Assembly: GCA_934121885.1 (NCBI GenBank)
Contig: CAKOVH010000005.1
Location: 11,406-75,405, forward strand
Direction: 5' to 3'
Origin: an uncultured Clostridia bacterium
Lineage (GTDB): Bacteria > Bacillota > Clostridia > TANB77 > CAG-508
Length of the DNA stretch: 64,000 nt
This document shows, piece after piece, positions 1 through 12,800 of the stretch (position 1 is the first letter of the stretch; each line of letters starts with the position of its first letter). The notes below the pieces were generated by a model. The model saw only the letters and a program-made list of their open reading frames with translations. It did no database searches and had not been told where the DNA came from. A program made the position numbers and the translations under genes.

Positions 1-2402
1 ATTTCGCTTATTAAAGAGTTAACTCCTTCCTCATTTGTATATGCTGGGAAGTTCATTCTTCTAGATAAATCTGCATATTTTTGATCAGCTATAAAATATT
101 CATATTTAGGGAATGATACAAACTTTGTTGGTCTCTTGCTATTATATTTAATTACATATGGTAATAATATAGCATTTAATCTACCATGAGCCATATGGAA
201 TTCTGCTCCCATTTTGTGTGCTAAAGAGTGGTTTATTCCTAGAAATGCATTTGTAAATGCCATACCTGCAATTGTACTAGCATTATGCATATGCTCTCTT
301 GCAACTTTATTGTTTCCATTATTGTATGCTTCTCTTATATTCTTAAATACTAATTCTGCAGCTTTTTCAGCTAAACCATCTGTAAAATCAGATGCCATGT
401 TTGAAACATAAGCTTCAATTGCATGTGTTAATACATCCATACCTGTATCTGCAGTTATTCTTTTTGGTAAACTTAATACTAAATCTGGATCAACAATTGC
501 AACATCTGGTGTTAATTCATAATCTGCAAGTGGATATTTTTTATTTATTTTCTTATCTGTTATTACTGCAAATGATGTAACTTCAGAACCAGTTCCAGAT
601 GTAGTTGGAATAGCAACCATTTTTGCTTTTGTTCCTAATTTAGGGAACTTATATGTACGTTTTCTTATATCCATAAACTTTAATTTTAAACCTTCAACAT
701 CAGCTTCTGGATGCTCATAAAATAACCACATACCTTTTGCAGCATCTATTGGACTTCCTCCACCTACTGCTATAATAACATCTGGTTTAAATTCATTCAT
801 CATTTTTACACCTTTATTTATTGTTTCAAATGATGGATCAGATTCAACCTCTGAGAATATCTCAGAATGAACATACTCATTTCTTTTTCTTAAATGATAT
901 AGAACTTTATCTATATATCCTAAACTTACCATTGATGGATCTGTTACAATAAATGCTCTTGTAATATCAGGCATTTTTTCTAGGTAACCAATTGATCCTG
1001 CTTCAAAATATATTTTTTCTGGAACTTTAAACCATTGCATATTAACTCTCCTTTTCGCAACTCTTTTTACATTAATTAAATTAACACTAGATACATTTGA
1101 TGTTGTTGAGTTTCCTCCAAATGTACCACATCCAAGTGTAAGTGATGGCATATTTGTGTTATATATATCACCAATTGCACCATGAGTTGATGGAGAATTT
1201 ACAATAATTCTTCCTACTTTAACTTTTTCTGCAAATTTGTTAATTGTATCTTTATCCTCTGAATGTATAACAGCTGAATGTCCAAGTCCTCCAAATTCAA
1301 TTAACTTTTCTGCAAGTTCAATACCTTCATCACTACTATTTACTACATAATATGCTAAAACTGGACTTAATTTTTCCTTTGAAAATGGATACTCTACACC
1401 AACACCATTTTCTTTTAATACTAATACTTTTGTATCTTCAGGAACTTCTATTCCAGCCCCTTTTGCAATTACATATGGGCTTTTTCCAACTATGTCTGCA
1501 TTTAATGCACAACCCTTTTCTTCTATAAACATACTACCGCGTAATTTTTTTGTTTCTTCATCTGATAGAAAATAGCATCCTGCTTCTACCATTAGCTTTT
1601 CGAATTCATCTTTTATTTCTTTATCAACAATAACAGATTGTTCTGAAGCACAAATCATTCCATTATCAAATGATTTAGATAATACTAAATCATTTACGGA
1701 TGTTTTTAATTTTGCTGTTTTATCTATATAACAAGGAACATTTCCAGGTCCTACACCAAGTGCTGGTTTTCCACATGAATATGCAGATTTAACCATTCCT
1801 GTTCCTCCTGTTGCTAAAATTAAGTTTACATCAGGATGATTCATTAATGCTCTTGTAGCATCTATTGAAGGTTTTTCTATCCATAATATACAATTTTCTG
1901 GTGCTCCTGCTGCAACAGCTGCATCTCTTAAATATTTTGCTGCTTGTACACTTGATTTTTGTGCATTTGGATGGAATCCAAATACTATCACATTTCTTGT
2001 TTTTGCAGCTATAATTGATTTAAACATTGTTGTTGAAGTTGGGTTTGTAACAGGTGTAACACCTGCAATAATACCAACTGGCTCAGCAATTTCTTCATAT
2101 CCTTCTTCTTCATTTTCTGAAATTATTCCAACTGTTTTATCATATTTTATACTATGATAAATATATTCTGTTGCAAACATATTCTTAGTTATTTTATCTT
2201 CATAAATTCCTCTTCCTGTTTCTTCAACAGCCATTTTTGCAAGTTCCATATGATGTTCAAGACCTGCCATAGACATAGCCTTTACGATTTTATCTACTTG
2301 TTCTTGATTAAGTTTTAAGTATTCTTCTGATGCTTTTTTTGCCTTTTTCATCAAAGAATCCATCATCTTTTGAATATCATCATTTTGTTCTTCTTTTTCC
2401 AT
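1..2402 (-). CDS. adhE: Bifunctional acetaldehyde-CoA/alcohol dehydrogenase AdhE; start ATG at 2400-2402, 3' end beyond window start
   Basis: Continuous minus-strand frame reading MEKEEQNDD... with N-terminal aldehyde dehydrogenase and C-terminal Fe-ADH ([10 protein letters not shown]) regions. GGAGGAG RBS 5 nt upstream. Not in ORF track because no stop in window. Confidence 0.85.
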   Translation of the reverse strand, partial: MEKEEQNDDIQKMMDSLMKKAKKASEEYLKLNQEQVDKIVKAMSMAGLEHHMELAKMAVEETGRGIYEDKITKNMFATEYIYHSIKYDKTVGIISENEEEGYEEIAEPVGIIAGVTPVTNPTSTTMFKSIIAAKTRNVIVFGFHPNAQKSSVQAAKYLRDAAVAAGAPENCILWIEKPSIDATRALMNHPDVNLILATGGTGMVKSAYSCGKPALGVGPGNVPCYIDKTAKLKTSVNDLVLSKSFDNGMICASEQSVIVDKEIKDEFEKLMVEAGCYFLSDEETKKLRGSMFIEEKGCALNADIVGKSPYVIAKGAGIEVPEDTKVLVLKENGVGVEYPFSKEKLSPVLAYYVVNSSDEGIELAEKLIEFGGLGHSAVIHSEDKDTINKFAEKVKVGRIIVNSPSTHGAIGDIYNTNMPSLTLGCGTFGGNSTTSNVSSVNLINVKRVAKRRVNMQWFKVPEKIYFEAGSIGYLEKMPDITRAFIVTDPSMVSLGYIDKVLYHLRKRNEYVHSEIFSEVESDPSFETINKGVKMMNEFKPDVIIAVGGGSPIDAAKGMWLFYEHPEADVEGLKLKFMDIRKRTYKFPKLGTKAKMVAIPTTSGTGSEVTSFAVITDKKINKKYPLADYELTPDVAIVDPDLVLSLPKRITADTGMDVLTHAIEAYVSNMASDFTDGLAEKAAELVFKNIREAYNNGNNKVAREHMHNASTIAGMAFTNAFLGINHSLAHKMGAEFHMAHGRLNAILLPYVIKYNSKRPTKFVSFPKYEYFIADQKYADLSRRMNFPAYTNEEGVNSLISE

Positions 2403-2581
2403 TTAAACTCCTCCTTTGCATTCTTAACTATTATATAATACTTAAAATAATTGTCAAGAAAAATATAACGCGTATTTCTTCTTTATTCTATCATAATTTT
2501 TATATTTTTCTTGTTTTCCCCTTCAAATATCTTTCAAAATGTTATATAATACATACATTGTAAATCGAAAGGATTGATATT

Positions 2582-5005
2582 ATGGCATACAATTTTAAAG
2601 AAGTTGAAAAAAAATGGCAAAATAAATGGTACAGTGAAGGTACATTTTTTGCTAAAAATGATACCACAAAGAAAAAATGGTATGGTCTTATTGAATTTCC
2701 TTATCCATCAGGACAGGGTCTTCATGTAGGTCATCCAAGAAGTTATACAGCACTTGATATTATTGCAAGAAAGAAAAGAATGGAAGGATATAATGTACTA
2801 TTTCCTATAGGTTTTGACGCATTTGGTCTTCCTGCTGAAAACTTTGCAATAAAAAATCATATTCATCCAAAAATAACTACTGAGAAAAACATTGCTCATT
2901 TTAAAGAGCAATTAAAATCTTTAGGATTTTCTTTTGATTGGTCAAGAGAAATAAATACAACAGATCCTAATTATTATAAATGGACTCAATGGATATTTAT
3001 TCAATTATATAAACATGGATTAGCATATAAAACAACAATGCCAATAAACTTTTGCACAGGTTGTAAAGTTGGACTTGCAAACGAAGAAGTTGTTAATGGT
3101 GTATGTGAAAGATGTGGAAGCCCTGTTGTTCAAAAAGAAAAAAGCCAATGGATGTTAAAAATAACTGAATATGCTCAGCGTTTAATAGACGATTTAGACG
3201 ATTTAGATTATCTAGATAAAATAAAAGCACAACAAAAAAATTGGATTGGAAGAAGTGAAGGAGCAGAAGTTAATTTTAGTTTAGCTGGAACTACAGATAA
3301 ACTTACAGTTTATACAACAAGACCTGATACATTATTTGGTGCAACATATATGGTTATAGCTCCAGAGCATCCATTTATAAAAAAATATGCAGATAGAATA
3401 ACAAATATAGAAGAAGTTGAAAACTACAAAAATCAGGCTGCTTTAAAATCAGATTTTGAGCGTTCTGAACTTAATAAAGATAAAACAGGAGTTGAAATAA
3501 AAGGTTTAAGAGCAATTAACCCTGTAACAAATAAAGAGATACCAATTTGGGTTTCTGATTATGTTTTAATTACATATGGTACAGGTGCTATTATGGCAGT
3601 TCCTGCACATGATGATCGTGATTATGCTTTTGCAAGTAAGTTTGATATTCCAATGCTACAAGTTGTTAAATCTAACAACAAAGAAAATATATGTGACCTT
3701 TCAAAAGAAGCATTTACAGATGTTGAGGATGGAGTTTTAGTAAACTCAGATTTCTTAAATGGATTATCTGTATCTGATGCTAAAAAGAAAATAATTTCTT
3801 TCCTAGAAGAAAAAGGTATTGGTACTAAAAAAGTAAATTACAAGCTTCGTGATTGGGTATTTTCAAGACAACGTTATTGGGGTGAACCAATCCCTATGAT
3901 ACACTGTGAAAAATGTGGTTGGGTTCCTGTTCCAGAAAATGAGTTACCTCTTGTTTTACCAGATATTGAAGATTATGAACCTGGTGAAAACGGAGAATCA
4001 CCTCTTGCAAAACTTGATTCATGGATTAATACAAAATGTCCATGTTGTGGTGGAGATGCAAAAAGAGAAACAGATACAATGCCTCAATGGGCAGGATCTT
4101 CATGGTACTATTTAAGATATATGGATGCACATAACGAAAATGCTCTTGCATCAAAAGAAGCTTTAAATTACTGGTCACCTGTTGATTGGTATAATGGAGG
4201 TATGGAACATACAACTCTTCACCTTCTATATTCAAGATTTTGGCATAAATTTTTATATGATATCGGAGTTGTTCCTACAAAAGAACCATATCAAAAACGT
4301 ACATCACATGGTATGATTTTAGGAAGTAATGGTGAAAAAATGTCTAAATCTAAAGGAAATGTTATTAATCCTGATGATATTGTTGCAGAATTCGGAGCAG
4401 ATACCTTCCGTGTTTATGAAATGTTTATGGGACCTTTTGATCAAACAGCATCTTGGTCTATGGAAAGTATTCGTGGATGTGGCAAGTTCTTAGATAGAGT
4501 ATGGAATTTACAAGATATGCTTGTAGAAGGTGATACATATACACCAAAATTTGAAAAAATGATGAATAAAGCTATAAAGAAAGTATCTTCTGATATTGAA
4601 GAAATGAAATTTAATACAGCAGTTAGTACATTTATGACAATGGTAAATGAATTCTACAAAGAAAAACAAATAAACAAAGCTGAATTTAAAACTTTACTAC
4701 AATTATTAAATCCATTTGCACCTCACATGACAGAAGAACTATTCAGTAAATTCTCAAATGAAACAATTGCAAATACTCCATGGCCAACATTTGATGAATC
4801 GAAAACAATTGATGATGAAATTGAAGTTCCAATTCAAATAAACGGAAAAGTAAAATCTACAATTTCAGTTGTTCTTGATTCTTCTGAAGAAACTGTAAAA
4901 GAATTAGTTCATAAAAATGAAACAATTCAAAATCAACTTGACGGAAAAACAATTGTAAAAGAAATATACGTAAAAAATAAAATTTATAACATTGTTGTAA
5001 AATAG
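2582..5005 (+). CDS. leuS: Leucyl-tRNA synthetase
   Basis: 807 aa. Class I HIGH motif (HVGHPRSYT), KMSKS (KMSKSKGN), CxxC zinc knuckles. Confidence 0.95.
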   Translation: MAYNFKEVEKKWQNKWYSEGTFFAKNDTTKKKWYGLIEFPYPSGQGLHVGHPRSYTALDIIARKKRMEGYNVLFPIGFDAFGLPAENFAIKNHIHPKITTEKNIAHFKEQLKSLGFSFDWSREINTTDPNYYKWTQWIFIQLYKHGLAYKTTMPINFCTGCKVGLANEEVVNGVCERCGSPVVQKEKSQWMLKITEYAQRLIDDLDDLDYLDKIKAQQKNWIGRSEGAEVNFSLAGTTDKLTVYTTRPDTLFGATYMVIAPEHPFIKKYADRITNIEEVENYKNQAALKSDFERSELNKDKTGVEIKGLRAINPVTNKEIPIWVSDYVLITYGTGAIMAVPAHDDRDYAFASKFDIPMLQVVKSNNKENICDLSKEAFTDVEDGVLVNSDFLNGLSVSDAKKKIISFLEEKGIGTKKVNYKLRDWVFSRQRYWGEPIPMIHCEKCGWVPVPENELPLVLPDIEDYEPGENGESPLAKLDSWINTKCPCCGGDAKRETDTMPQWAGSSWYYLRYMDAHNENALASKEALNYWSPVDWYNGGMEHTTLHLLYSRFWHKFLYDIGVVPTKEPYQKRTSHGMILGSNGEKMSKSKGNVINPDDIVAEFGADTFRVYEMFMGPFDQTASWSMESIRGCGKFLDRVWNLQDMLVEGDTYTPKFEKMMNKAIKKVSSDIEEMKFNTAVSTFMTMVNEFYKEKQINKAEFKTLLQLLNPFAPHMTEELFSKFSNETIANTPWPTFDESKTIDDEIEVPIQINGKVKSTISVVLDSSEETVKELVHKNETIQNQLDGKTIVKEIYVKNKIYNIVVK

Positions 5006-5025
5006 TTTGTCATATTATTGTAACA

Positions 5026-5064
5026 AAAAAGTAATATTCTTGTAATATTACTTTTTGTTTTTTG
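5026..5064 (+). terminator. Rho-independent terminator after leuS
   Basis: Stem aaaaagtaatatt / aatattacttttt with loop cttgt, followed by T-run. Confidence 0.7.
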
Positions 5065-5108
5065 TTGTATAATATTGTCATATGAAATACTAAGGAGAAA
5101 TATATATC

Positions 5109-6185
5109 ATGAGTATTGAATCAGATTTAAAAAAAGATGGCATTAAAGTAATTGGTACATTAGATACCATTAAAGTAAATACCCTAGCTCATAATGTAGC
5201 AGAAAAAATTTGTAAAACATTTCCTGAGCAACACTTTATTTTTCAAAGTTTATTTATTGCACTTTCTAGAATACCTATGTATATTGCAGATATTCCAGAA
5301 GGTTATGCAGAGGCTAATTACTTTTATAAAAACTCATCAATATACTTTAAAGCAGGTGCATCTGTTGATGAGTTAGAAAAATATGCTATTCATGAATTTA
5401 TTCATTATTTACAAGAAATTAAAGATAAAAAAGGAAATCTTGTTAAACTTGGATTATGCGAGTATGGAGATTTTAAAATATATGGTATGGCACTTAATGA
5501 AGGTGCTGTTCAATTAATGGCTTCAAAAGCACTAGGACAAAAACAAGAAATAGTAAAATATTACGATATATCTCTTCCTACAATTAGTCCAAATTACTAT
5601 CCTGTACTATGCAGTTTAGTAGCACAAATGGCTTACATTACAGGTGAGGAAGTTTTATTTGATAGTACTTTTTATGGAACAGATGCTTTTAAAGAGCGTT
5701 TTTGTGAGTTATGTAGCTATAATTCTCTTGTAAAAATTCAAAATATGTTAGACAAAATAATGGAACAGGAAGAAAAAATTATTAAACTAAATCAAATATT
5801 AGTTAGTGATAAATGTGAAGGAATGAAAGCTCAAAAAGTTGCATCAAAAATTTCAAAATGTAAATCTAAAATAAAGTCATTATATTTTGAAGCACAAGAT
5901 TTAATTTATTCTTCATATTTTGATACACAATTTACAAAAATAACTACTACAGCCGATATAGATAGTTATCGTTTCAGATTATATAATTACAAAAATTATA
6001 TTGGAATTGATGAAAAATATTTAACATTTAATGATTATTATATTAATAAAATGATGGATTTAGATAATAAATATGAAAACATTATAAACAACACAAGTTT
6101 AGCATTAGTTAGTCAATCAAAAACCGCAATTTTCTTTAGAAAACTAAAAGCTATATTAACTGCAAAAGTTGAACTTGAAAAATAA
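5109..6185 (+). CDS. Hypothetical protein with HExxH motif (HEFIH), possible metallopeptidase-like
   Basis: 358 aa ORF with AT-rich native codon usage. Only a short motif match, no confident family. Confidence 0.5.
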   Translation: MSIESDLKKDGIKVIGTLDTIKVNTLAHNVAEKICKTFPEQHFIFQSLFIALSRIPMYIADIPEGYAEANYFYKNSSIYFKAGASVDELEKYAIHEFIHYLQEIKDKKGNLVKLGLCEYGDFKIYGMALNEGAVQLMASKALGQKQEIVKYYDISLPTISPNYYPVLCSLVAQMAYITGEEVLFDSTFYGTDAFKERFCELCSYNSLVKIQNMLDKIMEQEEKIIKLNQILVSDKCEGMKAQKVASKISKCKSKIKSLYFEAQDLIYSSYFDTQFTKITTTADIDSYRFRLYNYKNYIGIDEKYLTFNDYYINKMMDLDNKYENIINNTSLALVSQSKTAIFFRKLKAILTAKVELEK

Positions 6186-6192
6186 TTATAAT

Positions 6193-6232
6193 AAAAAAGA
6201 AATTCTACTAAAATAATAGAATTTCTTTTTTT
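6193..6232. terminator. Bidirectional terminator between hypothetical (+) and gltD-like (-) genes
   Basis: Stem agaaattcta / tagaatttct flanked by A-run on the left and T-run on the right. Confidence 0.65.
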
Positions 6233-6234
6233 AT

Positions 6235-7497
6235 TTATTTTAAATCCTCTATAATACTTTTTGCTGCTTCTCTTCCCGCTCTTGCAGCCCATGCTACTGT
6301 TGCCTTTTGACCTGTTAAGTCTCCACCACTATAAACTTTATCATCTGATGTTTTGTATCTTTCATCTATTTGTATGTATCCTTTATTGTTAAGTTTTAAG
6401 CCTAGATTATTTACTATTTTTTCTTCTACTTTTGAACCTAAAGCCATTATAACAAAATCCATATCTAAAATATAATTACTATTTTCTATATTTACAGGTA
6501 CTTCTCTTGTTTCTCCTTCTTTTTTTATAAGCTCTGTTTTTATGCATTCTATTCTTTGAACTTTTTTATCCCCCAATATTTTTACAATATTATTTTGAAA
6601 TAAAAACTCAATATTTTCACTTTTAGCAGCTTCTATCTCTTTTTGTTCTGCTGGCATTTGTTTTTCTGCTCTTCTATATATTATACAAACTCTTTTAGCT
6701 CCTAGTCTTTTTATTGTTCTCGCACAATCTATTGCAACATTACCGCCTCCAATAATTGCCACATTTTTTCCTTCATAATTTGGATGAATACTTTTTTCTA
6801 GCAGTAAGTTTCCTCCATAAACTCCGTCTAATTCTTCTCCTTCAATATTCATTTTTACAGGTACATTTGCACCCATTCCTATAAATACTGCATCATAATC
6901 TTTTTTTAATGTTTCAAGAACGCCATCTTTTCCAAGTTCATAGTTTGTTTTTACATTAATTCCTAATTCTAAAATAGAATTAATTGTTTCATCTAAAATT
7001 TTCCTATCTAAACGAAACTCTGGTATACCGTGTCTCAATATACCTCCTAATTCAGAATATTTTTCATATATTGTAACTTCTGCTCCTTCTCTTGCAAGAA
7101 ATGCACTACAAGTAAGACCTGCAGGGCCACTTCCTACTACTGCTATTTTCTTTCCAGTTAATAAACTACCTTTTTTATAATTTTTATAGTATTCATTTTT
7201 TAATGCCTCATCAAAAATATATGCTTCTATTTCACCTATTGAAACAGGATTTCCTTTTATTCCTCTCACACAGTTTCCTTGGCATTGCTTTTCATGAGGA
7301 CATATTCTACCACATATACTTCCTAATACTGTTGTGTTACTTAATACTTCATATGCTTTTTTTATATTCCCCTCTTTACAAAATTGTATAAATGTTGGAA
7401 TATCATTTTTTAAAGGACATCCATTATTTGAGCATGGCTTAACCTTACAATTTAAACAATGCTTTGTTTTTTCTTCTATGTAATCATAATCTTTCAT
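6235..7497 (-). CDS. NAD(P)H-dependent FAD/FeS oxidoreductase, glutamate synthase small subunit (GltD)/PreT family
   Basis: 420 aa. N-terminal Cys clusters (CLNCKVKPC...C...C), FAD/NAD Rossmann motif GSGPAG and a second GGGNVAID. Confidence 0.8.
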   Translation of the reverse strand: MKDYDYIEEKTKHCLNCKVKPCSNNGCPLKNDIPTFIQFCKEGNIKKAYEVLSNTTVLGSICGRICPHEKQCQGNCVRGIKGNPVSIGEIEAYIFDEALKNEYYKNYKKGSLLTGKKIAVVGSGPAGLTCSAFLAREGAEVTIYEKYSELGGILRHGIPEFRLDRKILDETINSILELGINVKTNYELGKDGVLETLKKDYDAVFIGMGANVPVKMNIEGEELDGVYGGNLLLEKSIHPNYEGKNVAIIGGGNVAIDCARTIKRLGAKRVCIIYRRAEKQMPAEQKEIEAAKSENIEFLFQNNIVKILGDKKVQRIECIKTELIKKEGETREVPVNIENSNYILDMDFVIMALGSKVEEKIVNNLGLKLNNKGYIQIDERYKTSDDKVYSGGDLTGQKATVAWAARAGREAAKSIIEDLK

Positions 7498-7515
7498 AAC
7501 CTTATTCCTTTTCCT

Positions 7516-8076
7516 TTATACATTTATTTCTTTATATTTCTCTACAACCTGTTTTAAGTCATTCCAAAATTCTATTTTCTTTGTTTCATCTCGTAAAAGT
7601 GCAGCAGGATGCCATGTTGGCATATATATTATTCCTTTTCTTTCTAACCAGCTTCCTCTTGCTGAAGTTATAGAATACTCTTTTCCAAGAATATTTTTTA
7701 AAGCTGTACTTCCTAATAATACAATAATTTTAGGTTTTACTAAAATTACCTGATTTCTTAGATAATTTAAACATGCAGATGCTTCATCATCTTCTGGAAC
7801 TCTGTTTGAAGGTGGTCTGCACTTTACAATATTTGCAATATATACATTTCCTCTTTCAATTCCTAGTCCTTCAAAAGCTTTGTCCATAAGTTTTCCTGCT
7901 TTTCCTACAAAAGGTATACCTTGCTTATCTTCATCTGCTCCTGGTCCTTCTCCTATGAACATTATATCTGCATTTTTATTTCCAATACCAAATACAATCT
8001 TCGTTCTATTTTGGCATAATCTACACTTTTGACAATTTAAAATGCTACTTTCTAATTCTTCCCAATTATCGTACAT
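7516..8076 (-). CDS. Uracil-DNA glycosylase, family 4
   Basis: 186 aa. GEGPGADED...PFVGKAGKL motif with N-terminal Cys cluster typical of family-4 UDG. Confidence 0.85.
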   Translation of the reverse strand: MYDNWEELESSILNCQKCRLCQNRTKIVFGIGNKNADIMFIGEGPGADEDKQGIPFVGKAGKLMDKAFEGLGIERGNVYIANIVKCRPPSNRVPEDDEASACLNYLRNQVILVKPKIIVLLGSTALKNILGKEYSITSARGSWLERKGIIYMPTWHPAALLRDETKKIEFWNDLKQVVEKYKEINV

Positions 8077-8091
8077 TCTTATTCCTCTAAT

Positions 8092-9000
8092 CTATTTTAT
8101 AAAACTTTCTATTAATTCTATTTTTTTATCTTTACTTGTATCTATTTTTGCTACTCCACCTACTGGTATTACTGTTTTCTTTTCTGTATGTCCAAAATTA
8201 TTTGATTTAATTATTGGAAAATTATATTTACCATCAAGTACATCCATAAGTATTTTTTCAAGTGCTACTTCTCCATCATAATTTCCAACCCATATTCCCT
8301 TAATTTTTTCAAATACATCATTTTGTTTCAAATGATATAAATGGTTTTGAACAAGCTCTGGAGGTGTTTCTAAAAAAAGTTCTTCTATAAATAATATTTT
8401 ATTATCAAAATTAATACTATATTTACCAGCTGTCATTTGACTTACTAAACTTAAATTTCCACCTACTAAAATTCCCTCAGCTGTACCTTCTTGTATTGTT
8501 ATATACTCGTCATCTTCTTTTCCAAGTTCTAAACTACAATCTGCAAATCTTTTTATAACCTCTGTATAACCATACTCTGTTTCCCATGATGTTAACGCCT
8601 TAAATGTTGGTCCATTAAATGTTATTACACCTGTTTTTTCATATATAATATTTTCAAGTGAAGTTGCATCACTAAATCCACATAATGGTTTTGGATTATT
8701 TTTTATTATATCATAATCTAAATACTCAAAAACAGAGTTAGAATTAAAGCCCCCACTCACACAAAAAATTAGCTTTATTTCTTTATCTGCAAACATTTCA
8801 TTAATATCTTCTGCTTTTTCTTTAGGTGTTGCTCCATATCCTAAAGTGTTCCTAAAAGCGTTTTTACTAAATTTTATATTATATCCTGATCCTTCCATAA
8901 GAAGAATTGATTTATTTATTTTTTCTAAATCGTCTTTCATTATTGGAGAAGATGGAGCAATTACTCCTATTATATCACCTTTATTTAATTTATTAAACAT
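8092..9000 (-). CDS. ldcA: LD-carboxypeptidase (muramoyltetrapeptide carboxypeptidase, peptidase S66)
   Basis: 302 aa. GFSDATSL nucleophile motif, overall S66 architecture. Confidence 0.8.
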   Translation of the reverse strand: MFNKLNKGDIIGVIAPSSPIMKDDLEKINKSILLMEGSGYNIKFSKNAFRNTLGYGATPKEKAEDINEMFADKEIKLIFCVSGGFNSNSVFEYLDYDIIKNNPKPLCGFSDATSLENIIYEKTGVITFNGPTFKALTSWETEYGYTEVIKRFADCSLELGKEDDEYITIQEGTAEGILVGGNLSLVSQMTAGKYSINFDNKILFIEELFLETPPELVQNHLYHLKQNDVFEKIKGIWVGNYDGEVALEKILMDVLDGKYNFPIIKSNNFGHTEKKTVIPVGGVAKIDTSKDKKIELIESFIK

Positions 9001-9024
9001 ATTTGTTGTTCTCCTTTTTAGTTA

Positions 9025-9816
9025 TTATACTAGTGTAATTATTGCACTATTTCTACCAGATTCTTCTCTATCTACACGATAACTATGAAATATATCTTTT
9101 TTGCAAACTGTACAAAGTCCACTATCATAAATATTACTACTATCTATTCCAACCTCTTCTAAAATCTTTTTGTTTATTAATGTTGTATCTATATGATATT
9201 TTTGTTTGCCATCTATTATTTCTGTTTTTTCTATAATTTCATCAACATTACCTAAATAACTAAACTCATCCATAAATAGCTTTTGTACATCATCTTCTAC
9301 TTCAAAATGGCATTTTCTAATATGAGGACAAATACAACAAATTATATTTTTAGGGTCGCATCCATACTCTTCTTGCATTTTTAGAACTGCCTTTTGTCCT
9401 ATTTTATTTAAAGTTCCTTTCCATCCAGAATGCACACTTCCAATTACTTTTTTTACAGGGTCGTAAAATAGTAAAGATGTACAATCTGCCGATGTTGTAG
9501 ACAGTACTATTCCCTTTTTATTTGTAATAATTCCATCTACTTCATTTAACCAAACCTTCTCATCAACTCTTTCTATTCTATCTGTATGTGTTTGATGTGG
9601 TTTTACTATGTTTTGTTCATCAATTTTTAGTTCTGTGCAAATTTTTTTATAACTTTCTTTTATTAAATTGTCATCTTTATCTGTTCTAAAATCAAGTCCA
9701 ATCCTAGTTGTATAGCAATGCTGTATTTCAGGATATTCTAGCAACTTTCTAAATTGTATATATTCAATATCGCCTTTTTTCTTATGCACAATTATTTCAT
9801 TTGATAAATCTTTCAT
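9025..9816 (-). CDS. pgeF: Peptidoglycan editing factor PgeF / YfiH (DUF152) family
   Basis: 263 aa. HSGWKG and C..S.LFYDP motifs. Confidence 0.8.
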   Translation of the reverse strand: MKDLSNEIIVHKKKGDIEYIQFRKLLEYPEIQHCYTTRIGLDFRTDKDDNLIKESYKKICTELKIDEQNIVKPHQTHTDRIERVDEKVWLNEVDGIITNKKGIVLSTTSADCTSLLFYDPVKKVIGSVHSGWKGTLNKIGQKAVLKMQEEYGCDPKNIICCICPHIRKCHFEVEDDVQKLFMDEFSYLGNVDEIIEKTEIIDGKQKYHIDTTLINKKILEEVGIDSSNIYDSGLCTVCKKDIFHSYRVDREESGRNSAIITLV

Positions 9817-12800
9817 TTATCCTCCTTACTAATTTCTTCTAAAATGGCTTCTTTATTTATATTTCCTATGTAATAGTATGAGTTTTTACATATTCCACTA
9901 TTAAAATTGCATATTGTTTTGTAACTGCAATAATCACAAGGTGTTTTTCCACCCTTAACTTTATAATATGGCTTTATATCTATATTTCCAGATAATATTT
10001 CTTTGCTTATTTGTTTTATAATCTTTTTAGTATATTTTTGAAGGCTTTCAAATTGTTTTCTTGTAACAGCATTTGATTTACTACTTAAATTTCCTTCTTT
10101 ATCTACATATGCAGGTATTATATCAGAGCTTCCACTTTCAAGATTTGTATCCATCATTTTTGCTACTTCAACATCAGCTAATATTAAACCTTTCATTTTA
10201 AATTGTTTTTTTATTTCAGCTTCAATTTGTTCATCTGAAATTCTACTATTTGCTTTTACAGATTGATCTATTAAATTAAAGTATAATACACCTGCTGGCA
10301 AAAAATCATTAATGTCACATACAGCATCTAAATAAGTTAGTAATTGAAGTTGTAATCCTGCTACTACTTCATTTAAATTAATATCTTTTATTGATGATTT
10401 ATAATCTATAATTCTAATATAGTTTCCATCTGATGTTTTAGCAATATCTATTCTGTCTATTTTTCCTGTTATTTCTATTTTCTTATTATTGTCAAGTTCA
10501 AATACAATTGGTTCATATTCTTTTCCATTTTTAAATTCTAATTCATGTGCTAATATCTCAAATTTACTATATTTCAAACTATCAACAATATACCTCATAG
10601 ATTTTAATATTACTTTTTTTAATCTTACTGCAAGCACACGATATTTAGGAATACTTGTAAATATATAGTTTTGTTTTAACTGTAATTTTTGCTCTACTAT
10701 TTCATCTACAATTTGTTTTATTTCTTCATCAGTTATTTGTTTTACATTAATACCTTTTTGTTCAATTATATCAAAAAATTCATCAATTACATCATGCATA
10801 AATGTTCCTGTATCTACAGCTTCAATTTTTAATTCATTTTTTTCCGATAATTGTAATCCATATTTTAAATAATATGAAAATGGGCATGATTTATATTGCT
10901 CTAACTTAGATATACTTGTTTTTAAAGTATCTCCATAAAGCCTATCGATTGATTTTTCGCTCATCTTTTCTGGCTCGTTTGTATAACTTAGAGCTGTCAT
11001 ACTATTTTCTAATTTATTTTTCCATTCTTCAGAGTTTTTATAATAATTATATAATTCTAATAAATTTTTACCACATTTGCCTTCATCTCTAAACTCTGAT
11101 ATTTCATCTAACAAATCTTCATATGATGTAGCTTTTGTAACAATTTCCTTTTTACTTTCAATTACATCACTAGTTTCTTCTAGATTTGAAAAAATCTTTT
11201 TTATTCTATTAATAATCATTGATGCTCTTAAGGATTTTCCTTCTATATTTGCTGATGAATATGATAGAAATATCTTTTCTTCTGCTGTTGAAAAAGCTTT
11301 ATAAATATTAAAATTATCATCATAAAGCTTTTCTATTGTTCCTTTTGCAAGTTCAGCTCCAATATTTTTTAATTTTTCTCTGTCTACATCATTAAAAAAT
11401 CCTTCTGTTTTATGAATACTTGGGAATACTCCATCATTTACTCCTATAATAAATACAGCTTTAACCTTATGACTCCTTGATCTATCCACATCTCCCACAA
11501 TTACTTGATCTTGTGATGCAGGTATTTTTCCAAGTGAGCTATTTCCAAGACCAACTTTTAATATACTTGCATAATTATCAAAAGATACATTTTTATCGCC
11601 TAAAATTAATACAAGTTCATCTAAAACATCTGATATAACTTTCCAACTTGTTTCATACTCTTTTGCCTTATCTATTTCTCCTAAATCTATTAATTCTTGC
11701 ATTTTTATTTCAAGCTTTTTATCTATTTTATTTTCTATTAAAAATTCAAATATTTTTTCTGTAATATTTTTTACATTACTTTGTCCTATTAACTTTTTCT
11801 TTAATTCTAATAACGGATTTATAACAATTTCTCTTATATGTAATAGCTTTTCCTTTAATTCATCTGTCTCATCATAAAATATCCATTCACTTTTATACCA
11901 TTTGCTTCTATTTATTCCCCATTTTATGCAATAATTTTCAAGTAAATTAATATCGCTATCATCTATATTAATAAATCCAGTTTTTATATATTCAAAAACT
12001 GCTTCATAGCTCCAATTTTTTGCAAAAATATTTAGTACTCCTAATATATACCTTACCAATAAGTTTTGAGACAAATCCTTTTTTTCATCTATAAACACAG
12101 GTATATTATATTTTGCAAATATTGCCTTACACAAATTAGAATATTCCTCTAAATTTTTAGTTATAACTGCAATTTCATTATATCTATAATTATTGTCTCT
12201 TACAAGTTTAACAATCTCAGTTGCTAATTTTTCAATTTCAGAATACCCATTTTTTGCTAAAAATAATTGTATATTTTGTACATTTCCCTTATATTTTTGA
12301 TATGGAACTTTATATATATTTTCTTCTAAATGCTGTAATTCCTCATTTTTAAACCTGTACTTTGTTTCTAACTTAACAGGCTCTTCTATTTTTATATTTT
12401 CCTGTTTTGCAAGGTTAAAAATTTTATCTAGTGTTTGTTTATTAGTATAAAATATATCTGTATCTGGACTTATGCTTTGTTCTATTTCATCTGTACAAAC
12501 TGTTAAATAAATATCATTATTATTTTTTAATAAACTTCTTAATATTTCAAATTCTTGTTTAGTAAAACCTACAAATTCATCTATGTAAATTTCGCAATTT
12601 TTAAATTCAGTAGATTTTTCTAATAAATTGGCAAGTATAGTTAAGGTATCATTTTCATCAATAAATTGCTCATTAATTTGATTTTGATATTTTTCGTAAA
12701 TTTGTAACATATCCTGCATTTTAGATGTTAGATATTTATCATCTGATGAATTTATAGCTTCCTTTAAATTTTCTACTGTAATGCCATGCTTCTTAAATTC

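Noticed and set aside
214-580. ORF-track ORFs 214-411 and 392-580 on plus strand
   Set aside because: They lie entirely inside the minus-strand adhE coding frame, which has clear AdhE homology. Spurious antisense ORFs. The same applies to most short opposite-strand ORFs in the track.
2404-2581. Possible T-box leader upstream of leuS (also considered for serS at 35991-36149 and aspS)
   Set aside because: Leaders are only about 100-180 nt and contain no T-box consensus (AGGGTGGNACCGCG) or specifier/antiterminator architecture. They look like plain promoter/RBS regions.
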